NCBI GenBank assembly: GCA_965113315.1
Contig: OZ220371.1
Strand: one strand, 5' to 3'
Source: Podarcis vaucheri
Lineage: Eukaryota
DNA: 64,000 nt
Shown: positions 1 to 12,291 of the stretch, piece after piece
Position numbering within the stretch: the stretch's first letter is position 1
Layout of the letters: each line of letters starts with the position of its first letter
Program-made: the position numbers and the translations under genes
Notes under the pieces: model-generated
What the model was told of the DNA's origin: nothing
Seen by the model: the letters and a program-made list of their open reading frames with translations, nothing else
Database searches by the model: none

Positions 1-1360
1 AAACTGAGAAGCTGCAGCTGTGTTGGGAAGACCACCAGCACAGAGGATAAACCACCACTGATAGAAATAATCTCTCAAGTGATCTGCCATTCAAACTACT
101 TTCTAGGTAGCACAATGAGAATGTGAATCAGGGGAAATGTAACCAGGTATGCACTTCTATAGTAACAATGTTGTAATGATGGGGGGGGGGAATTGCCACC
201 CACGCTGTGAAAAACTAGCTTGGGTTTGATTATATTTTTAAAGACGCAAACATTGTGTTAGTAATTCATGAGCATATAAATGTAATTTCCCTTGGACTAC
301 AAAAGGGCCACAGCATCCTTCGCACAGTGCTTATATGTGCTGACAGAGGGGGGGGGGAGCCACCCTCAAGAGTAAAACCAATTAACCTTCTCTAATGCAA
401 TCTACGATGATATGGCCAGAGCTTTTGGAGAGATAATTCCAGGAGAAAGAGCAATACAAGTTTTGTGTACTTTACAGGTTTTCAGCAAATCTGTTTGCAA
501 AGAAACTGCTTAATGTTTTTTTCCTCTGTGGATGGCAGTGGTCTTTTATAGCATTGCTTGCAGTTTGCAAATAAACAAAAACCAAACCAAAATACAGTAC
601 AAATGAAGGAATCATTTGATTAAGAAAGCAAATCATCCATTACGTGGCAAAAAGGGGGAGAATCTTTAGATACAAGCTTGTCTTATGCCTTGTTTACATG
701 TAATTTTAGATATGATTCACTTTGATTTCACTTCCTGTGCTGATGCAATAATACAGATTTCTCAGTAAAAGGACAAGTGCCCCTGCAGGGCTCTTTAGGG
801 TTGATTTGTTCCATAGATACAGCAGAAAGAAAGAAAGGAAAAGCAGGTTAAGACAAGCTAGTAGGGGGGGAAAAACCCCAAGCATGGGCACATTTGTAAA
901 GAACCAGCAACTATCAAAATAAGAAATTAACAACGAGGCTTGGTCCCACCCATGTTGAAGTGTTCAGTAATCTGCTTCTGTAATTATCCTTCTCAAATGA
1001 GCAAATATAAATAGATAAATGGTGTAGAGCAGGGTTTATGTGTAGTTTCAGCACTTAACAAGAATACATCCTTTCACTTCTTACGCCAGGGGAGCCAAAG
1101 GAATGGAAGGAGGAAATCCCGCACCAGAATTTCTCTTCCATTGAAGTCTCCTGGCTTCCCAACACTGTGCTTCACTGCCACTTACTGAAAGGAACAGGGA
1201 AGGGGGAATGTTGTGGATTCTAGGAGAGGATATATTGATTAAATATTATCCTTCCTCGCTCACATTCCCCAGTATATAGCAGGAAGCTAGCTGGTAGATT
1301 CGTTTGAATCTCTTTACTTAAGCAATCCAATCTGGCTTTGTCCAGATTGGGTTTTGTTCC

Positions 1361-1744
1361 TGATAAGTCCCTCCTAAAAAGAATAAAGACACAACAATCC
1401 CCTTTTAAAAGTAATATGAAGTTTACTCACATCCAGTTCACAGCTGGATCCCCAAAGGCAGGCTTAAGCTTGTAGTTACAGAAGGCAGTTTGAGTTCATC
1501 CCATATGGGAATGAACCCCTTGTGCTGCTGGCTGAGAGCCAGCAGACAGCAAAATACATCATCATCTTCAGAAGAAGAAGAAGAGGAAGAGGAAGAGGAG
1601 GAGGAGGAGGAGGAAGGCTGCGTGACCGGCCTTTTTATGGGGTCTCCCAGGGTCACGCCCATCTACCTGGTCACACGCAGGTGGAGGAAGTTCCAGACCA
1701 GATGTGACAGGAAGCCCTCCTGGCTGGAGTAACACTCCCTTACA
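1361..1744 (-). mobile_element. Candidate solo-LTR-like repeat containing a GAA/GAG tract
   Basis: TG...CA ends; minus strand has TATA-like cataaaaagg and an AGTAAA signal. Flanks gttcc/tgtcc are only a partial TSD. Confidence 0.3.
1571..1616 (+). repeat. (GAA)n(GAG)n purine trinucleotide repeat
   Basis: gaagaagaagaagaggaagaggaagaggaggaggaggaggaggaag. Confidence 0.95.
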
Positions 1745-4287
1745 TGTCCACTCTGGGCAAACAGGAAGTGTTGTACTTGATTGCTTATGTTACATCCCAC
1801 AAATTCATGGCACCAGAGTTAATCCAACACTTCTGCCACTGCAAGCCACACCAAGCACCTTGGCCCTTCCGGTAAATGAGAGTAAAGCACCCTATTGGGA
1901 AGCCAGAAGAACAACAACACAGCCACTGTGGAGGGCTACTGGTTCTCCTTCCCTGCTTTTAGACCTCTGGGTGCACACACTCCATTTCAAAACAGGCGTA
2001 TCGTTCCTTGTACCTTAATCATATTTAAAGCCTGCCTTTTGTCTTTTGCGGGTGTCATGCATCCTTTATTTTAATTTCCTTTTAAGCAAAATGTCCAACT
2101 GTTTGGTCAAGCACACCTCTAATTACCCGTTCGCCTGGAATGCCAGAATTAACTTTCAGAGTTAATTCAAGCTCATAGCTTCAATTTCCTTTGGCTTTTC
2201 CTCCTCCAAATTACTCATTCTTCTCTCTGAAACCAAGGGTTACCTAATCTCTTTTCAAAAGGGATTTATAGCCATAACTCCCTCTAAATTAGAACAGAGT
2301 CCTAACGGCTAAGCTTGTGAATCTTGGGGGGGAAATCTATGCTAAAACTTATTTAATTATCGAGCAGGATACTTCACTGCCCTCACAATAGCCCCCCCTT
2401 TTACTTCATCCCTTCTATCAAGTTAACCCCAAAGATGCAGACACACACACAAAAAAAAAGCCTTTAGGACTGGTTTTCCTGGAATTTCCAACATGCATGT
2501 AAAGACTTGAAACAGAACTCACACAGAACAGATGAACTTTTGCACCACCTCTGGCATGTTCCATTTAACAATTTATTGAGGACAAAAGCCACAAGCCTTG
2601 GACAGCTGCCCAGCTCATAAAGGTGAGGTCTGCCTAACATATACTCAATCAAGGGAACTGTGATAAAGAATGGATTGCAATTGCACAAATATTTAGGTAT
2701 AGAGTGCCAACTCCCTGAAAGAATGTTTGAACTTTAAAATACTCTTTCGATATGTATTTCCCTCTGCAGCACATCCAAATATGTTTGATTTACACAAATA
2801 GCAATCAAAAGGTATTTGTGCAGGAGTTACAACAACCTAAACAGTGTGCAGACCCACCCAGCGGTTTTGCTCCATTGTGCAGATCCAAGAAACACTCACA
2901 TCAACGGAAGGGAGATCTCCCTGAAGGTTTGCAACTATTCCATTCCAGGGAAGGCAAGGGGCAGCCTAGTATGCATAAGTGTCCTAATATGCTTCTTGAA
3001 GCATACAAGGGGCTCTGAAATCAAGGCACAAGTGGAAATACGAATTGTAACAATACAATACAAATTGTAACAAGCTGCAGAGGAGTAGCTTGCTGACTCT
3101 AGTCACTGCAGCACTAGTCACAAATTGGACACCTTTGAGATAATTTAAGTATATTTGAGTCTCACCTCTCGGTGACTGTGAAAGCAATTGGCTTCAGCAG
3201 TACTCTTATGGGGAGGCAACAAAGTTATCTTGTCCAGACTTTGGGAGAGAACTGTCATTTGCTATCTGCATAGCGATACAATCTCCCTTTTGTTATCCAG
3301 TTCTTCTGTTTGTATTACATTTTTTCTTCCTTCAGCATAACCTCATTGGACACCTAGGAAAGCCAAATTTTAAGGAGGACAAATCTATCCAATAGCTAAA
3401 TTGAACATCCAGCTTCAGAGGCAGTAGATCTCTGATTATCAATTACCTCCAATTATCAGCTCCGTTCAATTTTCATCTTCATGCCTTGTTGTGAACTTCT
3501 GAAGTCATCTGTCTGGACGCTGAATGCTGGTCTTTTCATTTGATCCAGCCCAGCAATCCTTATGCTAGTCTTTTGCAGCTAAAATCTCAGCTAGTGGAGT
3601 CCCTAGATGGTTCAGAAATTAAATCCTACCAAACCAAGCATGGTCACAAAAACTAGCCCCCTCAGAATAACAAGGCTATTTTTAAGAGATCATTTGTAAG
3701 ACGAAAAGAAAATGGGCTAAAATTATACAGCACGTGTCACCACCAAGCATTTCCCAAAAATAAAACAAAATAACTTAGATGTGCAAATCTGGTGTTTGGT
3801 TAAGTTTGCATAACACCTAACAAAGTGGGGCCTCAGTCTCGACTAGTCATAATTAGTACAACAATTATAAGAAGGCACATTTCCCATCTGTACTCTGAAC
3901 TGCTGTGCTGGAATTTACACTCCAATGTAACTATAACATGAGTCACAACAAGATCTACAAGTCCTGCTACACGCAGCATTAGCAAGCTTGTAAAAGTAGT
4001 TGTTTGGCATGCCACAGCTAGTAGGATGCAGAGGCTTTAAAATGCAGATTTAAGATCTTCAGAATCTTAAAGGGGCAGAAACACCTCTAAAACAGTAGAA
4101 AAACTGTATCACTTCACACTGTATGCTCTCATGCTCATTCTGCACATAACCTCCTTGTCCCAGATACCCAAATTCCTATACCTCAAGGTGGAAGATTAAC
4201 ACTAATAACAAAGATACGTACATAAACATACAAGAGGACTTAATACATATTAATAGCACTGGCTTTTTATTAAAGGCGGTGGTCTTC

Positions 4288-4636
4288 ATACAGACCCTAT
4301 TTTCCAGGGACAGTCCCAGACTTACAGAAGCTGTCCTGGTTTCTGATTCGACCCCAGAATGTGCCGCTTTTCTGTAGGACGTCCCTATTGTCATTGGAGA
4401 AAGGTTGGAGGGTATGGAGTTATGCTACCCTGGAGAAAAGGAGATAAGTAACTATAAAACTTTTAGAAGGCAGTTGAAGTTTTTTATGTTTTATTATGTT
4501 TTTTAATATATGTTAGACCAGCCCAGAGTGGCTGGGGCAACCCAGTCAGATGGGCGGGTGTCAATAATAAAATTGTTGTTGTTGTGTTACTGAATAGGAC
4601 ATCACAAGATTCATCAGAGGACTGTTGGAGGGTATG
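4288..4636. mobile_element. Composite non-autonomous repeat with ttggagggtatg terminal motifs and an embedded L2-like 3' tail (~4480-4586, +)
   Basis: ttggagggtatg at ~4405 and ~4625; cccagagtggctggggcaacccagtcagatgggcggg...aataataaaattgttgttg matches the L2 3' end seen in reverse at ~35970-36015. Confidence 0.55.
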
Positions 4637-4909
4637 TTCATGACTAATTTTAGATGGAGGTGCCGCCCTATGACTCCTATTGTGTGATATAAATAATATT
4701 TACCCAATGATGTTGGACAATTTAAAGGAACAATAAGCATAGTATCATGGGACAGGTATCACTACACATCATTTAAACATCTTCTTCCTCATGCATATGG
4801 TAGTGTTTAAAAGTGCACATGTTTATGTTAAAAGTAATGGCTAATCTTAGGTGCACTCATTGAACAAGACCAAACAAGCAAGGGGTTTGTGCATTCAGAA
4901 GATTCACAT

Positions 4910-5454
4910 CGGCCAACTGGTGCCAAAGAAGGACAGGACTTTCTTTATGTATGCCACAACAGCAGCAAGAATACTTATTGCAAAGTATTGGAAGACACAA
5001 GATCTACCCACTTTGGAAGAATGGCAGATGAAGGTGATTGACTATATTGAACTGGCGGAAACGACTGGCAGAATCCGAGACCAGGGAGAAGAGTCAGTGG
5101 AAGAAGACTGGAAGAAATTTAAAGACTATCTACAGAAATATTGTAAAATTAATGAATGATAGAATGATGTTGGATAGCAACTAAGGGGTTTCCAGCTGTA
5201 ATGATTTAAGAGAATATGAAAAAAAAGGTTATAAATGGGTTAAAATCTAAATGGTAAGGATTTGCTGAACCAATAATACAAAATACAAAAAAGGGAGGTA
5301 TGAGGAGGTCCGGGAAATAAGCTAAAAGAAAATAAGTAAAAGAAAAAATGTATGTTTTTAACTGTTTTTATTTTGTATTTTTCTTTTTTCTTTTTCATTT
5401 TTACTGTTATATTTCAAAAAGTTTTAATAAATATTTTATTTAAAAAAACAAAAA
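4910..5454 (+). mobile_element. 5'-truncated L1/Tx1-clade LINE (ORF2 C-terminus, 3'UTR, A-rich tail)
   Basis: ORF ...FFMYATTAARILIAKYWKTQDLPTLEEW...W..F..Y*, then AATAAA and A-tail; exact 14-bp TSD cagaagattcacat at 4896-4909 and 5455-5468. Confidence 0.88.
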
Positions 5455-7684
5455 CAGAAGATTCACATTGTACAGGTGTCCTGGGACTTTACCATTGTCC
5501 AATAAATGTTGGACTTCATTACTTGAAGACCCATGGAAAGCTAGAGGAGAAATATTCCAAGCAAGCCTTCTCCCTAAAGTGTTCTTTCTGCAGGAAGGTT
5601 TTTCTTAAATGTGTGTGAAAGTAAGAAGTATTATTCCACATGTATTCTGTGCAGTCCCAAGATGGCTGAGCCACTAGATTCTGCTGAATATATAGAATGA
5701 GATTCCTATATAGAAGGCAGAGAGACGTCAGAGGATAGGAGAGATATAAAGAAGTTACTATTAAATCTTAAAAATTTGGGAATAACCAGGTCTGGTCAGA
5801 CTACTGCACATTCATGATGAGATGATACATTTTCCCCTGCTCCCTAGCTGTGATGTTCCTGAAGTTATACAGAAGCAATGGATACAATCTAGCAAGATGT
5901 TCTCATGCACAAACACCTTTGAAAGAATGGGAGTTGAGCCTGAGCACAGTAGAGCACTTGTGAAGTTCCCACGCACTTCAAAAAAGTGCCATAAACCTAC
6001 AATCAGTTTCTTTGTTGGCTCAAGTCTCTAATGTAGCATGCATGCAAAAATTTGAAGAAAAGAAACACTTTTAAAAATCTGAATTTTTCTAGATGTTGTG
6101 CTTTTTGGTGTTCATGGCAACTTCCATTTCAATGGCCCAGGCTAACGTCCAATTGTGTTTTCTTGCAAGGGTTTAGTGGGTCTGGACATTGGAGTCCTCA
6201 TGAAATGCATCTGGTGAGTACACTGTGAACCAGCTTTGTGATAATGACATCCCTATTTTAAGGAGCTCAAGGACCCCCCCTTACTGACATGGAAAAAGGA
6301 ACTTGTTTTCAATCTCATGCACAGCTTGCATTGAAAATGCAGTGGGGGAATGAGAGAGCTTTAGCTTATTGCAAGGGAAATGATCTAAAATCTAGTTTAA
6401 ATGCATCCATATCAATCATTAAGAAAAAGCCATGGAACAGTGGTTGAAGGAAAGCTGTGACTATCCGAAGTCATAACTATTAGGAGTGCAGACAGGGTCT
6501 TAAGAAAAGAAAAAGAAAAGCAAGATAGATCCCACGGGGGAGAAGGTAGGAAAGCTGAATGAAACATTCAGCGCAGTCCCTGATTAAAAGCGAGTCATGC
6601 AAGATGCTACCCCAGAGCAGTTACAGATCACCTAGGCTCCAATTAAATGGGACAAATGAATGGCTGACAAGTTTCAGATCCCATGCTTTTGATGTCAGAA
6701 TAATCCATTAAATACAAGAGATGAAACTATGCAGTACAGATCTACTCCAGAAGCTGGTGGGGCAGGGTTAAAAGCTGGAATTGAAGCGTGGGGGGAAATT
6801 GGGGGGGGTGGACCTCCCTCAAATGTCAAATGTAACATTTACAGACTAGCAAAAGTGCATTGCCTCTTGTTCTGTCATTACCTACAGGCGAGTGCCAACA
6901 AAAATTACTGGAGGCAGATGACATGCCGCTACTGAAAAGTCAAGTCTAGACAGTGACAGCAGAAGAACCGTTTGGTATGGCATAGTTTTCATCACAATGT
7001 CACCCACTTTCTGGAGGGCTCAAGTTAATCTTTCATACCTACAAGGGAATCTCCTCTTGCCCTCACTTCAGCTGTGCATCACTAGTGATCCCAATGAGGA
7101 GATGTGTCTCCATCTCCATTAAGGAAAGCATCCATCAAGATGAACGGGGCTTGGGTGTGCACTGTTATGTGGATACATATTGACTGTATGGGTGGGAAAG
7201 ACTTGTTGAATTGTGAGATTTATTTTATTTTATATTTTTTAAACCCTCCTAATCCAAACACTTTATGCCATTTCACACATGGCACTTTCCTACATGAATA
7301 TTGCTTCTGTTTAAAAAAATGAAACAAAACGGCCTCTGCAATGACGCAAATGAAATACATAAACATGTACCTCGAGCTGTTTACCAAAACGGAAAGCTGC
7401 TACATATTAATTTATTCATTGCCTAGCAATTTGAAACAAAGAGTCAAACCATAAGAAAGAGAAGATGTATTTGAGTACTGATAGCATGTATGTATATATA
7501 TATATAATGCTTTCATCCAGAAAGTGCTGAAGTGGAGGCTAAATTAGACATCAAGCTAATTTTGTTTGGGATATCTTCATGCTACCTTTCTATGGCCCTG
7601 GGCCACTTGTGTATAACAGAAGATTCTTTAGCAGCTGAGGTTGATCACACAACTGATCAGCTCCTAGACTGCCTCTAACTACCT

Positions 7685-8221
7685 GAATGGGGTAACTGTG
7701 CCCCTGAAGGACCAGGTGCGCAGCCTGGGAGTCATTTTGGACTCACAGCTCTCCATGGAGGCACAGGTTAACTCTGTGTCCAGGGCAGCTGTCTACCAGC
7801 TCCACCTGGTACGCAGGCTAAGACCCTACCTGCCTGCGAACTGTCTTGCCAGAGTGGTGCATGCTCTGGTTATCTCACGCTTGGACTACTGCAACGCGCT
7901 CTACGTGGGGCTACCTTTGAAGGTGACCCGGAAACTGCAATTAATCCAGAATGCGGCAGCTAGACTGGTGACTGGGAGTGGCCGCCGGGACCACATAACA
8001 CCGGTTCTGAGAGATCTGCATTGGCTCCCAGTACGTTTCTGAGCACGATTCAAAGTGTTGGTGCTGACCTTTAAAGCCCTAAACGGCCTCGGTCCTGTAT
8101 GCCTGAAGGAGCGTCTCCACCCCCATCATTCAGCCCGGACACTGAGATCTAGCACCGAGGGCCTTCTGGCGGTTCCCTCATTGCGAGAAGTGAGGCTACA
8201 GGGAACCAGACAGAGGGCCTT
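7685..8221 (+). mobile_element. L2-clade LINE fragment (C-terminal part of RT ORF), 3' end missing
   Basis: VRSLGVILDSQLSMEAQV...LVISRLDYCNALYVGLP...LQLIQNAAARLV...HITPVLRDLHWLPV; premature stop at 8040 (CGA>TGA). Confidence 0.9.
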
Positions 8222-8281
8222 GAAGCAATAGTTCTAGCACTACCTCTTTGCTTGGTTTGGGTTTAACATTAAACTTTGCAA

Positions 8282-8743
8282 CAACAACAACTTTTATTTA
8301 TACCCTGCCCTCCCCAGCCAAGGCCGGGCTCAGGGTGGCTAACAAGCAATAATAAAAACAAATTGAATGAATACAACTTAAAAACAACATTAAGATATTG
8401 AAACATTAGGATATTAAAATGTAGCCTCCTCGCAGGAGGAGAAGGAAAAGAAAAAAGAAAGAGAGGGAGGGAATCAAATTGGCTCCAAGCCAAAGGCCAG
8501 GCAGACCAGCTCTGTCTTACAGGCCCTGCAGAAAGAAATTAGATCCTGCAGGGCCCTGGTCTCATGAGGCAGAGCGTTCCACCAGGCCGGAGCCAGAGTT
8601 GAAAAGGCCCTGGCTCTGGTTGAAGCTAATCTAACTTTCTTAGGGCCCGGGACCACTAGGGTGTTGTTATTTATGGACCTTGAGGCTCTCCGTGGGGCAT
8701 ACTGGGAGAGGCGTTCCCGTAGGTACGAGGGTCCTAGGCTGTG
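8282..8743 (-). mobile_element. L2-clade LINE 3' end (second subfamily) with (TTG)n tail
   Basis: Minus ORF GPSYLRERLSQYAPRRASRS...RARAFSTLAPAWWNALP; 9-bp TSD actttgcaa at 8273-8281 and 8744-8752. Confidence 0.88.
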
Positions 8744-9469
8744 ACTTTGCAAACCAATTAATCTCATAGCCCAAAGCCTTAAAAACCAGCCAGGTGCAGT
8801 CACAAGCTCTACTGGTGGTAACATCTAAGGAGAGCAGGAATCAACACCTCTTCCGTGTATTTCAGAGCAAATATGATTATGCACTGAGTTCATGTATATC
8901 TGTGTCTAGTTCACTAGTTCGCCACACTTAGTCACCATTGCTGCAACAATTAAGGCTGCAATTCTGTGCGCACTTACCAGAAGCAACTCTCAAGGAGTTC
9001 AGCAGGACATATTTCCACCTGAGCATGCAAGTAAGTATAAGACACAGAAAGGAAGTTTCAAGCCAAGGCCTCCAGTGCCTTTGGTGCCTTAACTCCTGGG
9101 CCACCAGCATTCTAAGATATCAGCCAGATTCTATAGACAATGACACCTATTCTAGGCACTGACGGAGGAAGAGGTGTGCGGGTGGAGCGCACCACCCCAG
9201 ACCTTTGTTTTATGCCAGTCAATAAAACTGAGCAATTGATCACATCACATGACACTAGACCCATATCTGGCTTCCAGCTGCTCCGTGACTACATCTTCTG
9301 CTCTGGCCATCAGTTCCTGCCTGCCTGATCCAGTATCTGAATTCCATCTCATTCAGAATCCCTTCACTGGTCTCTGGCCCTTGTGACCACTGCATTACTT
9401 GTCTCTTGTCAGACCAAGGAAATTCTGTCTGTGGTATGATTGTTTTCCACCCAGTCATTTTGACACTTT

Positions 9470-9927
9470 GGCACCCTATTTGCAAAATTTAACAGTTCCA
9501 AAATGCAGGCGCGCTTTCCCTTTTGCAAGATTGAATATGCTGCCTTTGGCTGTACTCGAGGGTCGATTTCAAAAAACTCCACTGGAAAAATGGTTTTGTC
9601 CCTGTGGAGATGGCAGTGGCTTGTGTGCTTCTGGCTTGCACTCTTTATAAAGATTTGAGGAGTGAGGTCATTACCCTTCTATTATTGTCCATGCCAGGTC
9701 ACTCAACCATTGCTCCTGTGTCCTTTCTTTTTGCAGAACAAGATGATCAAGCAACAGCAAAAACTGCAAGGGTTTTAGCGGGAGCAATTAGAATAAAATC
9801 TATTATTTTATTATTCATGTAAACCCCCAAAATGTATTTTCTATAGTTAAGCTTTTACCTCTCTCTTCAGTACATTTTTTTTTATTGCCATGGCTAGTGG
9901 CTGATGCAAATAAAGATTCTTCTGATT
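9470..9927 (+). mobile_element. Degenerate LINE 3' end with C-terminal CCHC-like knuckle (RTE-X-like)
   Basis: APYLQNLTVPKCRRAFPFARLNMLPLAVLEGRFQKTPLEKWFCPCG, a frameshift into ...VLLACTLYKDLR, then aataaagattct tail. Confidence 0.6.
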
Positions 9928-10046
9928 ATATGGTGACCTGTCAGAAGCAAGGTCAAGACTAGACTACAGCCCAATGCACTAAACTCTTACTTAAAAAAAA
10001 GAAAAGAAAAGCTATGAGAGATAAAAAGAAAGAAGAAGAGGATCTT

Positions 10047-10240
10047 GGGGAAGGGACACAGCTCAGTGGAAACATATTTCTTTAAATGCAAACAATCCCA
10101 GGTTCAATTCCTGGCATCTTCAGATATGGCTGGAAATGTTTCCTAACTTAAATTCTGGCAAGCCACTGTGAGGCAATGTTGACCTCAATGGGCTGTATGT
10201 TCCAATGGTGTGACTTGGTATAAACCATTTTTTTCGCTCC
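10047..10240 (+). mobile_element. tRNA-derived SINE (Squam3-like), degenerate
   Basis: ggggaagggacacagctcagtgg (A box) ... cccaggttcaattcctggcatct (B box), followed by the typical body. Confidence 0.75.
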
Positions 10241-12043
10241 TGATTTCCTACATATTTGTGCGGTGAAAAAGTAACTGCAACCAATGTTCTTGAAATACAA
10301 ATTTAATTTTCAATTTAATTGGAGGCCTTCAAACATGGCTGTTTATCTTTAGCACCACAACAAAATCATCTTTGTTCCGTCCTTTAAAAAAATGGCACCT
10401 CGGTGCTTGACTCTTTGTAAAAAAATGGCACAGTCAGAACCTACAAAGTTATGAGGTGCCCCTAATGCTTATACTTATATATATTATTATTATACTTTTT
10501 TTCAGAAGTATAATGGGAAAAACCTCCCCCTGAATCACAGAAAATGTTCTGCTTTTGTTGTGTTGATATTTCTATTTTAAAGGGAACAAAACCATGAGAA
10601 CAATTAATTATTTGCTGATATAAAATCTCCAAAGGAAAGTAAAACAAATACTTTGACGGAATCAGTGATTCTATATATGGTTCCAAACAAGTCCGATACA
10701 CCATTCCACTCATGCTCTTACATCTATACAAATGTCATCTAGACATGCATTGTTTCACATGGTACTATTAGCTTGTACTCTGGCATTCAATAACCTACTC
10801 TGTGGGTATAACTATGAAATCAATATAATTGACTTCAAAAGATTTCAGATCTAGGCAAATAAAAGCATGGGGCAATGGATTGTTAAGACCTATTCAAGAC
10901 ACACTGAAAAAAATAACTGGGAACTGTTGCTATTATATTGCTATTTTCTTCGTACTACACACCAATAATGAAACATTCTGGGGGGAAATACTGAAGTCAT
11001 TTAGTAGTGTGGAAACTAAATACATTGCTGCAAACACATTGAATTTTTTTATTTTTTTTTTACCCTTGGTAACAATAAACCCACACAACTTTTTCTTCTT
11101 TTAATAATCTGTCCCTCTGTTGGAATTTGGGATTACAGAATACCATTATGGAAAAAATGGAAATCAAAAATTCTGATACAAAAGGGAGACTAAGCAAGTT
11201 GCTCTCATTGCTATCTCCAGCCACCAGCTATTATCCGGTGAGTAAGCACAGAAATGGAGCTGAAGATTCTATATTGTCTGCCATGGAAGAGTTGATGTTT
11301 TTGGTACTTTGCCTTCCATAGTGGACAACAATATATGGCCACACACACACACAAGCACACACACTCCTTTGTATCGCAGCCTTTCTTACAATTCCCACCT
11401 CCCGATGCTGCAACCTCCGCCCCTTGCTATGAGCAGAATATAGGAAGTAAGCAACATACACTATGTTTTGAAAACCCTGTGCATGCAAGCAGGGAAGAGA
11501 CAACAATCTAAAAGGAAAGTTGAATTTCTATTTTCTACTAGCTAATGCTGAACATATACAGTTCCTGGATAATAATAAAAGGCGCACAACTAAAAAGAGA
11601 TTATGTCTACATATTATTTTTTTAAAAAATAAGAATTTAAATAGGTTTCATCGGCTATGTGCTGATATTTTTAGATGTATTTATTTAACTGTGTCATTAA
11701 TACTGTTTAAATATGCTTTATATTTGCATGTTTCTCTCCCCTCCCCCATCTTAATCAACCTTGTCGGGTCAATATTAAGAGCATGATCCAATCAAAACTT
11801 AAGCACATTCACGTCCCAGTGATTTCCATTAAAGGTTCAGTGCCGATGTTTACATATCATCCCATTGAAATGGGTCTTAAAAGTGCCTAAAATTTGGATG
11901 GATCCAGCCCTAAATGTATGCTTCATCACCTTTGCATTATGATGATGATGATTCCTCCCACTGACCTCTTGACAAATCTACTTCATGTTGAACTCGCTAG
12001 TGTAAATCGAGTATGTGTGTGGGGGTGTTGTGTATGCCCCTAC

Positions 12044-12260
12044 CATTTTCCATATGCTCTGCCTCACCAACACTGCCATCCGGCGTAGTCCTTTCGTAGT
12101 TGTCCTCTGGGAGTGGAAGGGCACCCAGCCGCGGCCCTGAAGAACTCTTACTGCTTGGTGTTTCTGACTCCTCCAGACCGCTGTCATAGCAACTCTGCAA
12201 TGACCCTTGATGTGGGTCCTGAGGCTGACTCACAACTGAAAACGTCACTCTACGAAATGG
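12044..12260 (-). CDS. PCDH7: Protocadherin-7 internal coding exon (cytoplasmic domain, CM3 RRVTF PP1-binding motif and DSG-containing CM1 region)
   Basis: Translation PFRRVTFSVVSQPQDPHQGSLQSCYDSGLEESETPSSKSSSGPRLGALPLPEDNYERTTPDGSVGEAEHMEN matches the PCDH7 long-isoform tail as I recall it. Acceptor tcttttgcag|CCA (phase 0) at 12261/12260; donor AATG|gtaggg (phase 1) at 12044/12043; 217 nt. Confidence 0.95.
12062..12068 (-). promoter_or_regulatory. PCDH7: Alternative 5' splice donor of the PCDH7 exon (removes GEAEHMEN, 24 nt)
   Basis: GTTG|gtgagg on the minus strand, same phase as the distal donor and 24 nt upstream of it. Confidence 0.75.
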
Positions 12261-12291
12261 CTGCAAAAGAAAAGATTCTGAATGTCACTTG

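Noticed and set aside
1438-1732. Poly-Ser/poly-Glu ORFs
   Set aside because: Translations of a GAA/GAG microsatellite.
1-12043. Further PCDH7 exons (CM2 exon DSRPLPDVALTGKCTRECD..., or the mammalian alternative terminal exon)
   Set aside because: No matching translation seen; presumably outside the window.
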